Notes under the pieces: generated by a model
What the model was told of the DNA's origin: nothing
The model's database searches: none
What the model saw: only the letters and a program-made list of their open reading frames with translations
Program-made: the position numbers and the translations under genes
NCBI GenBank assembly: GCA_028534125.1
Contig: CM052817.1
Coordinates: forward strand, 87,236,001-87,300,000
DNA: 64,000 nt
Direction: 5' to 3'
Source of the DNA: Lama glama
Lineage: Eukaryota
Shown: in pieces, positions 40,111 to 52,480 of the stretch
Layout of the letters: each line of letters begins with the position of its first letter
Position numbering within the stretch: the stretch's first letter is position 1

Positions 40111-41461
40111 GAATAACAACAAAAAAAATTAATGAATTCATTCCTTAATGAAGTTCTATAATGATATGCTTTAGTCTTCTTTTCCAACATAATTTATTGT
40201 TTTGCCTACTTAGGAAATTATATTTATATATTATACAGTTTGTATAAGCAGGTCCAAAGTTCATATTATGTCATAGAATTTCTAAATCTTTATAGAATCA
40301 TTATGAATTTTACAAAGGAGTTGTTACGGTTTTAACCATACAATCTGCTAAATTTCAAGGATACAGTCAAATACAACTATCCAATGAGGACAATACTATA
40401 AGAATATTCTTGCTTTTTAAAAACACCTTATTGGAGACTGAAATAAGGTGGTTAAACCTCCCTCTGTGATTTATTATTTATTTACTCTGGGTTATAGTTC
40501 ATTATTTTTAGTCGAGGATTTTATATCCTTGAGTTATTAACATAATACACTGTAAAGATTTCTCTGGCAACATGTTGGTAGGAGATTACCCACTTATATA
40601 ATAAAATAAAACGCCATAATTTTTATTAACATGTCATGATTCCAGTAATGCACTAAAACCCTCATAAAAACTTTAATTTTGATATATGGTATAGAAGAGG
40701 ACTAGAGAGTAAACATGGCAGGAAACAGTGTAAATGATTTAGATTCATGATGACCTCTAAATTAGTCATCAAATAAGGGAAAAAAGTATAAAGATATCAG
40801 TGTGATTAAATAAATGTGGATGTCCGTTCAATGCATTAAGCACATAAAAAGGCTATAAGCCCGGATGTCACACGAAAAAGACAGTCTTACTCTACTCTTT
40901 TATAAATGTGTGGTATTGACTTTCAGTGATATATTTCATTTTGGTCAGTATACATTACACATATAATTGCATGAATAAAAATGAGTATAAATTTTTAAAA
41001 GATGCTATTAGTTTAGTTTTTTGGCACATTGTTTGCCACATCCCAATTCCTTAAAATATGTTTATTCTTTTCACTCTAGCTTTTGAACTAGTTAAAAACC
41101 AAATCATTTGTGCAATTTGCCTGTAGGCAAGGAAAAGAAATCCACTGATTTTCTTCCGGTATTTTATGCTTTGGTCATAGTTTCATTCTTCACAACTTAT
41201 ATTTATGATATTTTCATGTTTATAAAGATGGCATAAATTACTTAAGAAACTGTTCTTAATAAAAGAATTAATGTAATAAAACTCAATCACATGTAGATCC
41301 CCAGATTTGGCTTCTATGGATATCTTATATTTTCTCCAAAAATATTTTGGTAACTATCTAATAGTTCATAATGGTAGAATTTTTAACTATTCCTGCACCG
41401 CTTTAAACGCTGGCTCCAATTTTGCCATTTTAAATAAGGTTATGATTAAAATCCTCGGGCA

Positions 41462-41978
41462 TCATCCAACTTGGGTGCCACACAAAACAAAGCCAGGAGG
41501 AAGGCCTGGGTGCGGGTCCTTTATAGGGCGGTGACTCAGGGAGTGAGGAGTGGGAGCCAGGGGAGGCAAAACAAACCCGGAGGGAGGTATGGATGTAACC
41601 GCTGTGGACAGCCGGTGCAGTGTCCTCCTCGGGGACAGTCGGGGAACCGTGTAGGATCCACCTCAGAATGTCTCTCCTAGGATGGGAGGAGGATTTATTC
41701 ATTTTGTGCCCTCGTCTATCTCACTTCCCAGCTCCCTGGACCCGAGCTGGGCGCGCTGAGCTGAGGCGGTTCAGGAAGAGGACTAGCGGAGCCAAGCCGA
41801 GGCCTCTGAGCGCTGCAGCCGGGCACTGCCAACACACACGGTGTCCACACTGCCTGAGGATGACAGGACAGGTGGACCCGGGAGCCCAGCAGGTAGGGAC
41901 ACCTCCTCCAGTTCAGTAGGGACAGCGAGGGGATGAGAAGCCCGCTGCTGTGGGCGCCCCCAGGACCGTCCAGTACAC
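41462..41978 (-). mobile_element. ERVL solo LTR (LTR33-like), unusually GC/CpG-rich
   Basis: taaccgctgtggacagccgg...ggggaaccgtgtaggatccacctcagaatgtc matches the recalled antisense LTR33 motif ttaccgctgtgggcaactgg...gaaccgtgtagaacgcgcctcagaattgtc; terminus ...accgtccagtaca. Confidence 0.7.
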
Positions 41979-42149
41979 AGTTCCACCTGCCCGGGGAGAC
42001 CTGGACTCCTTCCTGGGACCCGGTGGTGGCCGCGGTGACACCCCAGCAACTTTGGACTCCCTGGAGTCCTGACGCGGCCAGAACAAGAGAAGCCCTGGCC
42101 TAGACATCTCTAAACTTACAAAGAAACTGAACAAATATGCCGGGCTCCA

Positions 42150-43930
42150 AGTGTTCCTTGTCTACTCTTTCCAATTAGCATGCAAATAAGGCATTTTTTT
42201 TCTCTCATCTTAAAAACAAACAAAATACCCCAGCAACTCTCTTGACCCCCCTTTCCTTTCAGCTATCACTGAATTTCTCTCCTTTCCTTTACAGTTAAAC
42301 TGTTGAAAGCTTTTTTTTTTTCCCTTCCCTACTCTCTGTCTCAAACTCTTCTCCCAGTTTCTTATGAAAATATTTCAGTCAGGTTTTTGCCACTAATCCA
42401 CTGAAGTCTCCATTGTCAAGTTCACCAATTACCTTCCTGTAAATTTGATTTCAGATCTCCTCTTATCTGACTTATTATTAGCAGCGTTTGACACTACGGT
42501 GTTTCTTCTCTTCCCTTGAAAAACTTCTCCACTTGATTTCACATAGGATTTTTTCCCCCTGTGTGTCATTGGCTGTTTCACCTCAGGCTTCTAAAGTATT
42601 TTCTCCCCAACTCCTCAAATTTCTCCCCACTTTTACAACTTGTATGACTAAGGCTTCACTTCTTGGACCACTTATCTTTCCAATATATATTCTCTTCCAG
42701 TGACCTGGATTGAAATACCATCTGCCTGCTAATCATTCCTAAATTTATATTTTTGGCTGATCCTCTGTGCTGACTTCAAAAATCATATATTCGGCTAACT
42801 GCTCACTTGGATGTCACTTGGATAAACACATGGCAATTGTCAGAACCAAACTCCTGATTTCTCTTTCTTACAACAAACAAACAAACAAAAAATCTCCTTC
42901 TCCCGCTTTCTGTCCTAGCTTGGTAAGTGTTGTTTCTATTTCCTCTGCTTTGTAGGTCATTCCCTTCACCACTCTTCTTCTCCCTGCACCTGTAAATGTT
43001 ACTATCTCAACACTTACCACCTCTGGGTACTTTGCTACAAAGCATCTTCTTTCACTGAGGTTGCTGAAAATCTCTGAGTTGTCTTCCTTCCTCTTCTGTG
43101 AATTCCTCCTCAGTGTATTCAGTGCAAGGCAGTCACAGTGGTCCTGAAAGGATGTTCACCAGAGCAGGTCGGGGGCCCTCAGGGCTCTCCAGTGACACCC
43201 CACATCGCTCTAAGTGAGAGCCCATTGTCTTCTGCAGCTTATAAGGGTATACGTAGTCCAGCTTCCGTTCCGTCTAAGAGCTCACAACCTCTTTTCATTT
43301 TCTTCACAAGCCTCTCTAGCTGTTTCTCAAGCAAGAGCAGGCCAAGTCATCTAAGCCATATGGTCTTTGCTCTTACTCTTCTGTCTAAAATGCCTCCCTG
43401 AAGTTTATCTGCACGCGTCGCTGTCTCACTATCTCTCAGTTACTTGGCCCTCCCTATTTAAATTTCCACAACCACCTCTCTGCTGCCACTCTGTCCCCCT
43501 TCCCTTTATTACTATTGTTTCCCATAGTGCCAATCACCATTTAACCCACTGTTTATTATACCTGTTCCCTTGTGGGACATTTGGCCCCGTCCAAACCTCC
43601 ATAAGATATTTGGTCTATGCTGTAAGATCCTTGAAATCAGGTCCTATCCAAAACATCAGTGGCCGTATTTGGTCCATGCCAGATGGTTTTGGGCAGGACC
43701 GAATATCAAGGACTGTTTGGCACAGACCAGATATCTCCATATATGTTTTGTTCAGGACCCAATGTTTGCTAATCCACCTATTCTACTTTTGGTTTCCCAC
43801 TTTATTTCAGTGCAATCTTCCTGAAAAAATAAATTGTTGTCCATTTTAATAACTGCTGTATTTCCAGTGATAAGAATAATAGCTGCATTGCATTAGGCAT
43901 TTAATAAATATAGGAAATGTTGAATTAACA
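42150..43930 (+). mobile_element. Long L2 LINE, interrupted by a palindromic MITE
   Basis: ctcctttcctttacag, ttgtcaagttcaccaatt, tgtcagaaccaaactcctgatt, and the terminus taggcatttaataaata. Confidence 0.8.
43569..43775. mobile_element. Palindromic non-autonomous DNA element (MITE); family not assigned
   Basis: Imperfect inverted arms of ~85 bp; candidate 9-bp TSD acctgttcc (43560-43568) / acctattct (43776-43784); interrupts an L2. Confidence 0.65.
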
Positions 43931-44480
43931 CTTGATTTTTCTGTGAATGCCTCTCTGCATGTCTCCTATGCCTCAACAATTTCTTTAGAGATACGGTGCT
44001 AATGTTGATACATTAAACAAAATTTATGATTTATAAAAGGAGAAACACTCTTCAACTACACATCTGCCATATTATCTCATGTTGTGAAAGGAATATATGG
44101 AGCCAAAATGAGGTAATGCAAGCGACAAGATATTAAGCACAATTTTTAAATTAATCTTTATCTCTAAGTTACATATAGAAAGTAAGGAAAATCTAACTCT
44201 ATATTCTTTTAAATTTCACTATAGTCATCATTAGGTGCTAAAAATATTCATATTGAGGTTCTGTAGTTACTTTCTTCATTCTTTCTTTCTTTAAATATTG
44301 AATGATTCCTATGTGTTAGATACGTATGAAAGCAATTCAGTACTCTGTTGAGATGCTTCCTAAAATTACTACTCAATTTCCCTGAAAGAGGCAACTATGG
44401 CAAAAGATGAGGAAACTGAGCATTTATTCATCCATTAGGGGGACAATGATGTAATATTAGGCAGGAGGGCATGCACGTAT

Positions 44481-45096
44481 TGAGACAGGAAGGGGGCAGG
44501 GCACAGCAGTTAACATCAAAATGGTGGAATATTCAACCCCCAGTAGGCCTTGAGGCTCAGGATGGTGGGAGATTTAACTTCTAGTAGACCTTGAGCTTCA
44601 TTATACGCCTACTGTAATATATTAGCATGGTGAGTAACACACCCACAGGCACCATGACAGTCCCAAGGCTAGCCACAAAAGGGTGAAGAGTGGGAAATGG
44701 CCAACTTTGTGGGAATCTTGGCCCTTTCCCCAGGCTAGTTAGACTCCACTTATTAGCATATGAAGTCACTGAGCCCACAGAAACTGGCAACACGATGCTT
44801 CGTGGCTGCCACCTCTGTCTCTCTCCCCAACCTTCGGAGACGGCCCGCGCTCTGTCTGTGGAGCATGTACCTAGTTTTACTCTAATCTGAGCATCCAACC
44901 CCCACATCTCGTGGCCTTTCTCTTGCCTTTCAGTGTATCTCTCTGAATAAATCTCCCTTTATTCAAATGTGGCTCGCTCTTGAATTCTTTCCTGCGTGAA
45001 GCCAAGGACCCACACTTGGCAAGGCACCTCCCAGGGGCTCAACTGAAGCCTGGGACACAGCCCTCCTTTTGCCCCACATCTGTTTTTCCTGCAGCA
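44481..45096 (+). mobile_element. ERV1 solo LTR (MER41/MER4-group-like)
   Basis: Termini tgagacagga...ttcctgcagca; acacccacaggcaccatgacagt; aataaa at ~44946; tgaattctttcctgcgtgaagccaaggaccc; approximate 4-bp TSD gtat/gaat. Confidence 0.8.
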
Positions 45097-46961
45097 GAAT
45101 TGCCCTTATAAATCGACTTCTAAGCATAATTCTACTTCACTGTTTATATTCCTATCCTGATAAAATGTGCAAAGAATATTCTAGGAGTTTTGTATTTTCA
45201 AATATCTTCCTTCATGTTTTAGAGCAAGACAATTGGAAGATGTAGGATAACTAAAAACAGACTTTAACCACAATTTCATCAGGTGCTAAATTCTCTCCAC
45301 AACAACATAAAAGCTATTCTCTCCAGTAAGATTCATTTGAAAAATGGAACTTCATGGAGTTCTTATTGAATTTTTAACCCTCTAAGCCAAATCTGTCATT
45401 ACATTCAGCAAATTGGCTGCTTCAATCTGTCTTAGAAACTAGTCAATAACAAGTAAGAATGAAAACATTCCAAATGATTTAGCATTTCCTCTATGAGTAA
45501 AAGTAATGGAAATCAGATTATTCGAGTTGTGATTTTCATTAAACTGAAGATTTATTTTATTTTCTGAAGGAAGAATTAACTAATGCTTTCCATATAAATC
45601 ATCAAACTTTAGGTAGTATTATAATGCAAAAATATAACCTGAAGCATATTGAATTTTGAATTGCAATTTGAAGGAAATTATTTCAAGATGTTTAGAAACT
45701 AATATGCTAAGATAATGAATAGCAGAATATTATCATTTACCAATCCCATACTTAAATGAAAAATCTTTTGTATAATATCATGCATCTAGTTTGCATAAAT
45801 GAATTATGCATAGACTTGGAAAATATTGAATTTGGTAAAATTAAAATTAATAATGTCCCTTTCAAAACATATGCCTTCTCTATAATTATTATTTTATTAA
45901 AGTTAATTATGCTAATGCCATCATATTCTAATGTTTAAATTTTAGTTCTATTCTACTTCAAAATACAAGACCACTAAAAGACTGCCAAGTATTTTAATGT
46001 ACTTATTTTATTTTGCTAATTAAGGAAATAACAAATACTTCAATATTTCAAATTCAAGACTTTCTACTCTTTAGGTGATACATATAACAATAACAAGATC
46101 TTTATTTAAAATGAAATTTATTAAAATCCTTTAAATACATTGCTTATAATTTTTTCAATCTGAATTAATTCAATTAGAAAGAGGCTTAAGTTTAAAACAT
46201 ATGCTCATATATAGATTAAGAAGGAATTGCAGTTAATAAAGCAATCAACAATTTTCTTCCTTCAAATCCAAGTAATTAAAAATAATCTTTCTAGCATCCT
46301 ACCATTAATCTTCTGATTCATTAGATAAACTGATTAAAATAGTTATTAACCATGATTGTACAATTCTCATATCCATCATCTGAATTTCTCTTTTCACCTT
46401 ACATCTGAGATAAGCAGAAAGCCTTTGTTTTATTACTCACTAGATGCTGAGATAAAATTTGCTAATATTCAATAGCATTGCCTAACAATTTTCAGTAATT
46501 CCTTCTGAGTTTGAGTGCATAAAGTATTACTAAAAGAATAGTTAATCAAATACCATATAGTTCATCACAATATTTTACATGTTCTTTAGATACCTATTTA
46601 CAGAATTTACCATGATATGTTCTTTTTTGAAACTCTTCATTCTTTGATAGTGAATATCTGCAAATAAGTCTTACGTAGAATGAAAGAAAAAGCCTAATTT
46701 GAAATTCCTTAGAATAAACAATTAGCTTCAGTGAGTTTTTCTTTGTTGTTTATTTTATTCCGTTATTTAGTGAGACAGCTTTCCTAATTGTAAATATGTC
46801 TGGATACAAAAATGTAGCAACAGCCACTTCTTACTGAGAGTCTGCCAGTGTTAGGCTTGACAGCACTTTTCAAAGTTTATCTTTTAAAAATTCTTCCTCA
46901 AAAAAAAAATACTATTTATTTTCTATTTTTCCCATCGTCTTTAATTAACCCCTTTAAGTAT

Positions 46962-47121
46962 ATTTCTTTTTTGGGTGGGGAGGAAACAATAATTATGTTT
47001 ATTTATTTATTTATTATTTCTTTTATTTAAAAGAATTTTCTACTAGAGGTACTGGGGATTGAACCTAGGACCTCATGCATGCTAAGCATGCGCTCTACCA
47101 CTGAGCTACATACCCTCTCCC
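46962..47121 (-). mobile_element. Camelid tRNA-derived SINE (vic-1-like)
   Basis: gaggtactggggattgaacctaggacctcatgcatgctaagcatgcgctctaccactgagctacataccctc with a (ttta)n tail; same family as the copy at 5363-5494. Confidence 0.9.
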
Positions 47122-49208
47122 TGGCAAAAGTTTTGATTTACATACTATTGTTCCCAAGATTCAGACAAAGAAAATGAGATTCAGGATTTAAGCAGATTGC
47201 TAAGATTGTATCATCAGTGATGGAAACAGCAGAACCAGCAGAACCAGCATTTGCTCCTAGTGTATTTTTTTCCTATTAAGGACTACTGCCAGCACTTGTG
47301 CTTGATACATATTCTCTTTGCTTTATAACTTTATCTGCCTTTGAGCTTTTGCTTATTTGCATTTTTGCTGTATTTGATACATGATACACAAAGAAGTTAC
47401 AAAATACAAAATTTAGTATCAAATGCAATTTACAAATGGATTTAAAGCAGGATGGAGAATAACACCAGTTGGTCTTCCACTGGTCCTCCAGCTCCATGAC
47501 TCAGAGGCAAATACCATTCACTCAGCCTTTTGGTGACTCTTTAGAGAGAACACGAAGAAACCAATTGCACGATCGGTACTACATAACACTCTGAAAAAAC
47601 TGTTCTTTAGCTATACTTTTCACTGAACAATGTATCCTGGAAAGATAGAAGTGTTTATTTCATTTGAAGGGTTTTGAGTCAGTGGTGGAATGACAGGTCA
47701 CAATTTTCCTGTTTTGTCACATGCTGCACTTTTCTTCACCACAACCCAATGTCAGTAAAATTGGCTTTACTGCATGAGGTCAAGAGGACCCAAATGTGGT
47801 TCATTAACAATTTTTTTTTTGTTATTCAGATAGGTTTTTTTTTTTTTAATTTAGTTTTTGTTTGTTACAGCCTTTGCTGGAGAACTGAATCTCACTGACA
47901 CCTAGTAAAGTCCTTTCTTCTGCCTAAGACCGTAGGGATCAAAGATGCTCCAGGGCCTGCAGCACAACCAAAGAGACGGTGATTCTTTATGTTGTTTGCT
48001 CGTTTATCACAGAATACTTTCACCAAGCGTATGATGGAAAATTCCAAACATCCACCTCTGCTACAGCGACTGCTAGGGAGTGCCGCCCAGTATGCAGAAC
48101 TATACTCTGAGAACTGCCTAAGAATCTTCTCTACTTTTCCTTTACCACTGGAACCCAGTTTTCTGTAGTTGGCCCTGTACTTTGCTCACAATGTTGCAAA
48201 TGTTACAGCCCTTGGCATTTTAAGACAGACACATTTGCAAGACAGTATGAGTCAGTCGCTATATGGAGACTTCATTGGATGCTTTCATATGCATCAGATG
48301 TGCACAAGTAGCAGCCGTATGGAGAGAAAAACAGAGGAGGTAGTGCCTCTTGACTGTCAGTGTCACACCCAGTAATGGGCTCTGTCAGTTGATGATACCA
48401 GTGAGGTGTCTGACACTCTCCAGTGCTTATTCAAATATCACTTCCTTAACTTTTGAATGTTCTTATATAGCACATTTGGGGAGATAAGATTTATGCACAT
48501 AATGTTGGAGAACTTCCTTGCCTTTTTACTCCAAAGAGCATGCAGACTGGTGTTCAGCAGTCCTATCCAATTATTGATAATCTTGACATTCCCTTTTCTG
48601 CTACAACCCTAAGAAGCACAGACCTCACATTCTGCTTATTTTAATGGAGAGACTGGGTTTACAAGTGTCCTAAATACTGAAGATAGTATCCACAGAGAGT
48701 GGCTGGAATTGAACTGAGTAGTGCCTTGAAGCAGGAACAGGTAATTGTCACTGGGAGACCCACTGCCGATGGCAACAAGAAGGCATGCCAGCGTGGTTCC
48801 CATTAGGTGGTTCCCACGTGTTTTTCTGCTGCTATTTAGGAGTTTGTGCAGGCATCTGGGCAACTGTTTTTTGCTCTTTTTTTTTCTGTTTTTCAAGTTT
48901 CACCATCCTATGTCCTCCACATACCATCTCAAGTTCCAGTGACTCCGCTCATACCCAACCTGGGCAACTTGCTGCCTCTTTATTCTTGCTCTTTTCAATG
49001 TATTGTGGCATTTACATGCTATGTACTGCTTCCTTCATTATTGAGCACTTAGGTCTCGACCTCCTTTTACTCTCCCAAAAACCTCTCGGGAAAAGATGTC
49101 TTGGTTTCCACTGTCTCTTCCTCTCCGCACACTGAAACAATCTTCCAAGTTGCATCTTTTAATCAACCTAATCCCCCTGGGTACCTGAGCTAATAAAGGG
49201 CAAATGGA

Positions 49209-49773
49209 TGTAGGAAAAGACAAACTTCCTTGTACCTTCTTAGTTTTTGTCACTGGGCCTGAGAATTAAACTGATGTAAGACAGATTAATGGGAGAAAAG
49301 CATACAGATTTTATTTAATGCTTTTACATGCACATAGGAATCTTCAGAAGGAAAATGAAGACCCAAAGAAGCAGTAAGGATCAAGAGCTTATAAACTTTT
49401 TAAACAAAGAAATGTAAATTTGGGGGAGAAGTAACAAGACTTAGGGGTTTAGGCTTGGACAGTAAATTGTGGGAAACAGACCAGAAATATACAGGGATAT
49501 GGAGGGAACTAACAGAAGATGAGGGTTATTTCAGTAGGGTTGTTTGTACAGATCCATTTTGGCATTGGCTCAGGCTCTAGTGATAAGAACGTCATTCTCC
49601 TCCTGGTATACGGAGGGCACCTTTCTCACAGATTTTATCACCTGTGTTGAGACCGAAAGGGAGCCTTGAGAGCCCCTCCTGCATCTGCTGTTTCTCAAGT
49701 GCCTTTAGTTCAAAATAATCAATCAATATGCCAAGGCAGCATATGTCGGGTTGGCATGTCCTGATCCCTTTCA
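49209..49773 (-). mobile_element. ERV1 solo LTR (MER34/MER39-like)
   Basis: tgtaggaaaaga...agacagattaatgggagaaaagcatac...ttcaaaataatcaat..atgccaaggcagcatat...gatccctttca; TG..CA termini. Confidence 0.8.
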
Positions 49774-50142
49774 TGACACTGGGTAAAAACCTTAGTGATT
49801 ATCTCTCAACTTGGGGGTGGATTAAAAGGGTGCCAACTGGACTATTTCCTATAGCCTTTCTATCCATTTTACAAGACTGTTCCTGCTTTTCTTTATCTCA
49901 TAACTAGACGTGGTCTCTGGTACAACCTTAAGGAAACTAGCTACTGGAAAAACTTGAATCACAAGATCTTGGAATTAAAGAGAATGCACTTGCTCAGTTA
50001 AAGTTGTTCTCTACTACAGCAGGAATAGTAGCAAACATTAATTCAACAACTGAGCCCCTACCATATTATATTCACTAAACTATAACTGTAATACATTAAG
50101 AACAATAATATGTTATGTATCTTCATGTATATATATATATGT

Positions 50143-50231
50143 GGTGTAAAAGCAACAAACATGAAATTTGTATTTTCTAGGAAAAGGAAAGCCACTTTAA
50201 GGAAGAAGAGTGTTTACCTAGAGATTTCTTT
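50143..50231 (+). repeat. 89-bp dispersed direct repeat, copy 1
   Basis: 83 of 89 bases identical to 51717-51805 by manual alignment, without gaps. Confidence 0.95.
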
Positions 50232-51716
50232 TAGTGAGATTGGTATTATTAAATATATTTTAAAGATCATCAAAATGATCAATTTATTTGCCCAAGATAA
50301 TATAACTAGAAATCATTACAACTAAATTTTGAACTCAGATATTTATTTCAAACTCTTTCTTTAAATCACTAAATTAAAAGTTTTTTCTTCTATTATTCGT
50401 AGTCTGCTCATAACAACTTATCCCATACTCTAAGCAACCTATAAAGTATGGAAAGTTTGACTATATTCAAATTTTGAGAATAAAATATTCAATGTAACTG
50501 AACATGGGAATTTTCTATTGAAAAGATACTGTTTCAACAGATTAAAGGTAGATTTTTTTTCCCTTGCCTGTTCAGTGGGAAATCTTCTTGCATGTTACAT
50601 TTACTTGCTACCTGTAAATCCAGATTATATTCTTGATTTTAAGACCATGTTTTATAGAATATTGAACAGGTTGGATTTAAATAGAATATCTCAGTATTTG
50701 CCAAAATCTTATTCAAAAATTGTTTTTCTGGAGAAAGCCTAGCACACAAGAGTTACAGGCCAGTTCACAGACTCTTCTTATTTTAAAATCAACTAATCTC
50801 CATATGGAGATATCTAAAAGCATAAATTTGCATGAGGTCGTGAGATAATTCAAGTAGTAGAATCTGGGAGTTGGCAGTGAGGTGAATAGGATTTTTTTTA
50901 TAATAGTTCTCAAGGAATAATTCTCCTCAAGACTAATTTTAATTTTAAATCACATGAGCTGAATGACTGTGAGAGTGTATTGAGGGAAAGTCCAACATGG
51001 GCATATTTTCTAAGATAGCAGAAGGTCATTTCAAATACCTTACTTCTAGGAGAGTTATAAATTATTTGATTTTTGTCCATAAAGAGTTTTCTTTAAATTC
51101 AGTGCTAATTGTGCACTTACTAAAAGGAGAGATAAAGTATGGATAAAGTACTAAAAGGAGAGATAAAAAATCCCAACTCATGATGTTGGGATTTTTTATG
51201 GGCTGCGTAAGAAGAAGGTTCTACTCCATTTTCCATTATTTCTTCTAACTTTGACAGCCAAGCATGAACCAAGTAACAGTGAAAGTACTACTGCTACTAC
51301 TGTCACCAGTAACAATAATCAATCGCCACTTTGTGTAATCCAAGTAAACACCAGGTCAGAAATACAGCTCACCAAGATACAGTGAAAGGTTCATCTTAGT
51401 CTTTTCTGACGATCTATTCTGAATATCAGGAAATTTTTTTTAACTCCTAAAATTCTCCACAATTTTCAAAAAATATTTAAATGTTAACATTGTGTTAAAT
51501 ATATGTTCCACCTAATGTCACTAAAATTCTTTTATTTTATGACATTTACCATCTCAGAGATCAACCTGCATTTTACATCCTTATAGAGAGGAAAAATTTT
51601 AACTCATTTATTTGATAGAGTAAAAGATGTGAACTCCGAGTGAGAAGATTGTTTACATAGGGAACCAGTAACTTAAATTTCCGAACGATTCAGCAAAGTA
51701 AAGCTATATGGACCTA

Positions 51717-51805
51717 GGTGTAAAAGCAATTAACATGCAATTTGTATTTTCTAGGAAAAGGAAAGCCACTTTAAGGAAGAAGAGGGTTTACCTACAGACT
51801 TCTTT
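51717..51805 (+). repeat. 89-bp dispersed direct repeat, copy 2
   Basis: 83 of 89 bases identical to 50143-50231. Confidence 0.95.
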
Positions 51806-51959
51806 GATAAATTCAGATTTTAAAAATGTCAGAAAAAATATTTTAAGTTCGGAAATAATGCAAGAATATGGGTGGTACATCTTTTCAATGTCCCAAAGGA
51901 GTGAAGTTCACCTAAGTGTGTTTTTGGAGGGAAATGTACCTAACTCACCTCCTGTAGTC

Positions 51960-52480
51960 ACTTGGAATGCTTAATTAGAATTCTGGGGAGATGTCAGATT
52001 TTTATGTATGAAACATTTTGATAACTGAACTCATGGGAATGCATGACATTTCCAAAGGGGAGAAGAAAATGAAGAAAAGAGTATTACATTTTAACCCAGG
52101 AAATGCCTCAGTTCAAGACAGGAAGAGAATGAGGACTTATCAAGTCTCTTTATCATTCATTGAGTTATTTTTAGTTGAGCATCTGTTTGTACCCAACCAT
52201 CTCCTAGATGCAGGAAATTATTGGGTAATGAGAGATGTATAGAGGGGATCGTGTTACAGAGATGGAGTCTGAAAAGGGCTTCAAGTCTGATTTGGAGCAG
52301 GGATGGAGCAGGGCACAAGAGAAGACATCCTAAGGGGTGAGACAGCCAAAATGAGTCTTAAAAAGGATGATAGAGATTCTTTAAGTAAAGAAGAAAAAGG
52401 AAAGGATACTGATGTAAGGAAATATGAAACACTTAAAAACTCTGAATATTTTCATTTAAATGGACCATATTGCAAAAGGA
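51960..52480 (-). mobile_element. L2 fragments
   Basis: ataactgaactcatgggaatgcatgacatttccaaaggg and tcattcattg...ttgagcatct. Confidence 0.6.

Noticed and set aside
44700..44740. Interferon-gamma (STAT1 GAS) enhancer in the MER41-like LTR
   Set aside because: The positions corresponding to the tandem TTCnnnGAA sites read TTGTGGGAA and TTCCCCAGG, so both are broken.
47048..47121. tRNA gene (also 5420-5490)
   Set aside because: These are tRNA-derived SINE heads followed by AT-rich tails (with a TSD in the 5.4-kb copy), not tRNA genes.
47871..48168. Plus-strand coding exons after the acceptors at 47870 and 48012
   Set aside because: The frames I translated end in stops, I found no suitable donor, and the peptides are unrecognisable.
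48355..48420. pre-miRNA-like hairpin
   Set aside because: There is only a 7-bp outer stem plus a bulged 4-bp stem, too weak for a miRNA precursor.
50110..51974. Paralogous small proteins with an NLS-like RKRKATLRKK motif
   Set aside because: The similarity is fully explained by the 89-bp DNA duplication and stops at its edges.
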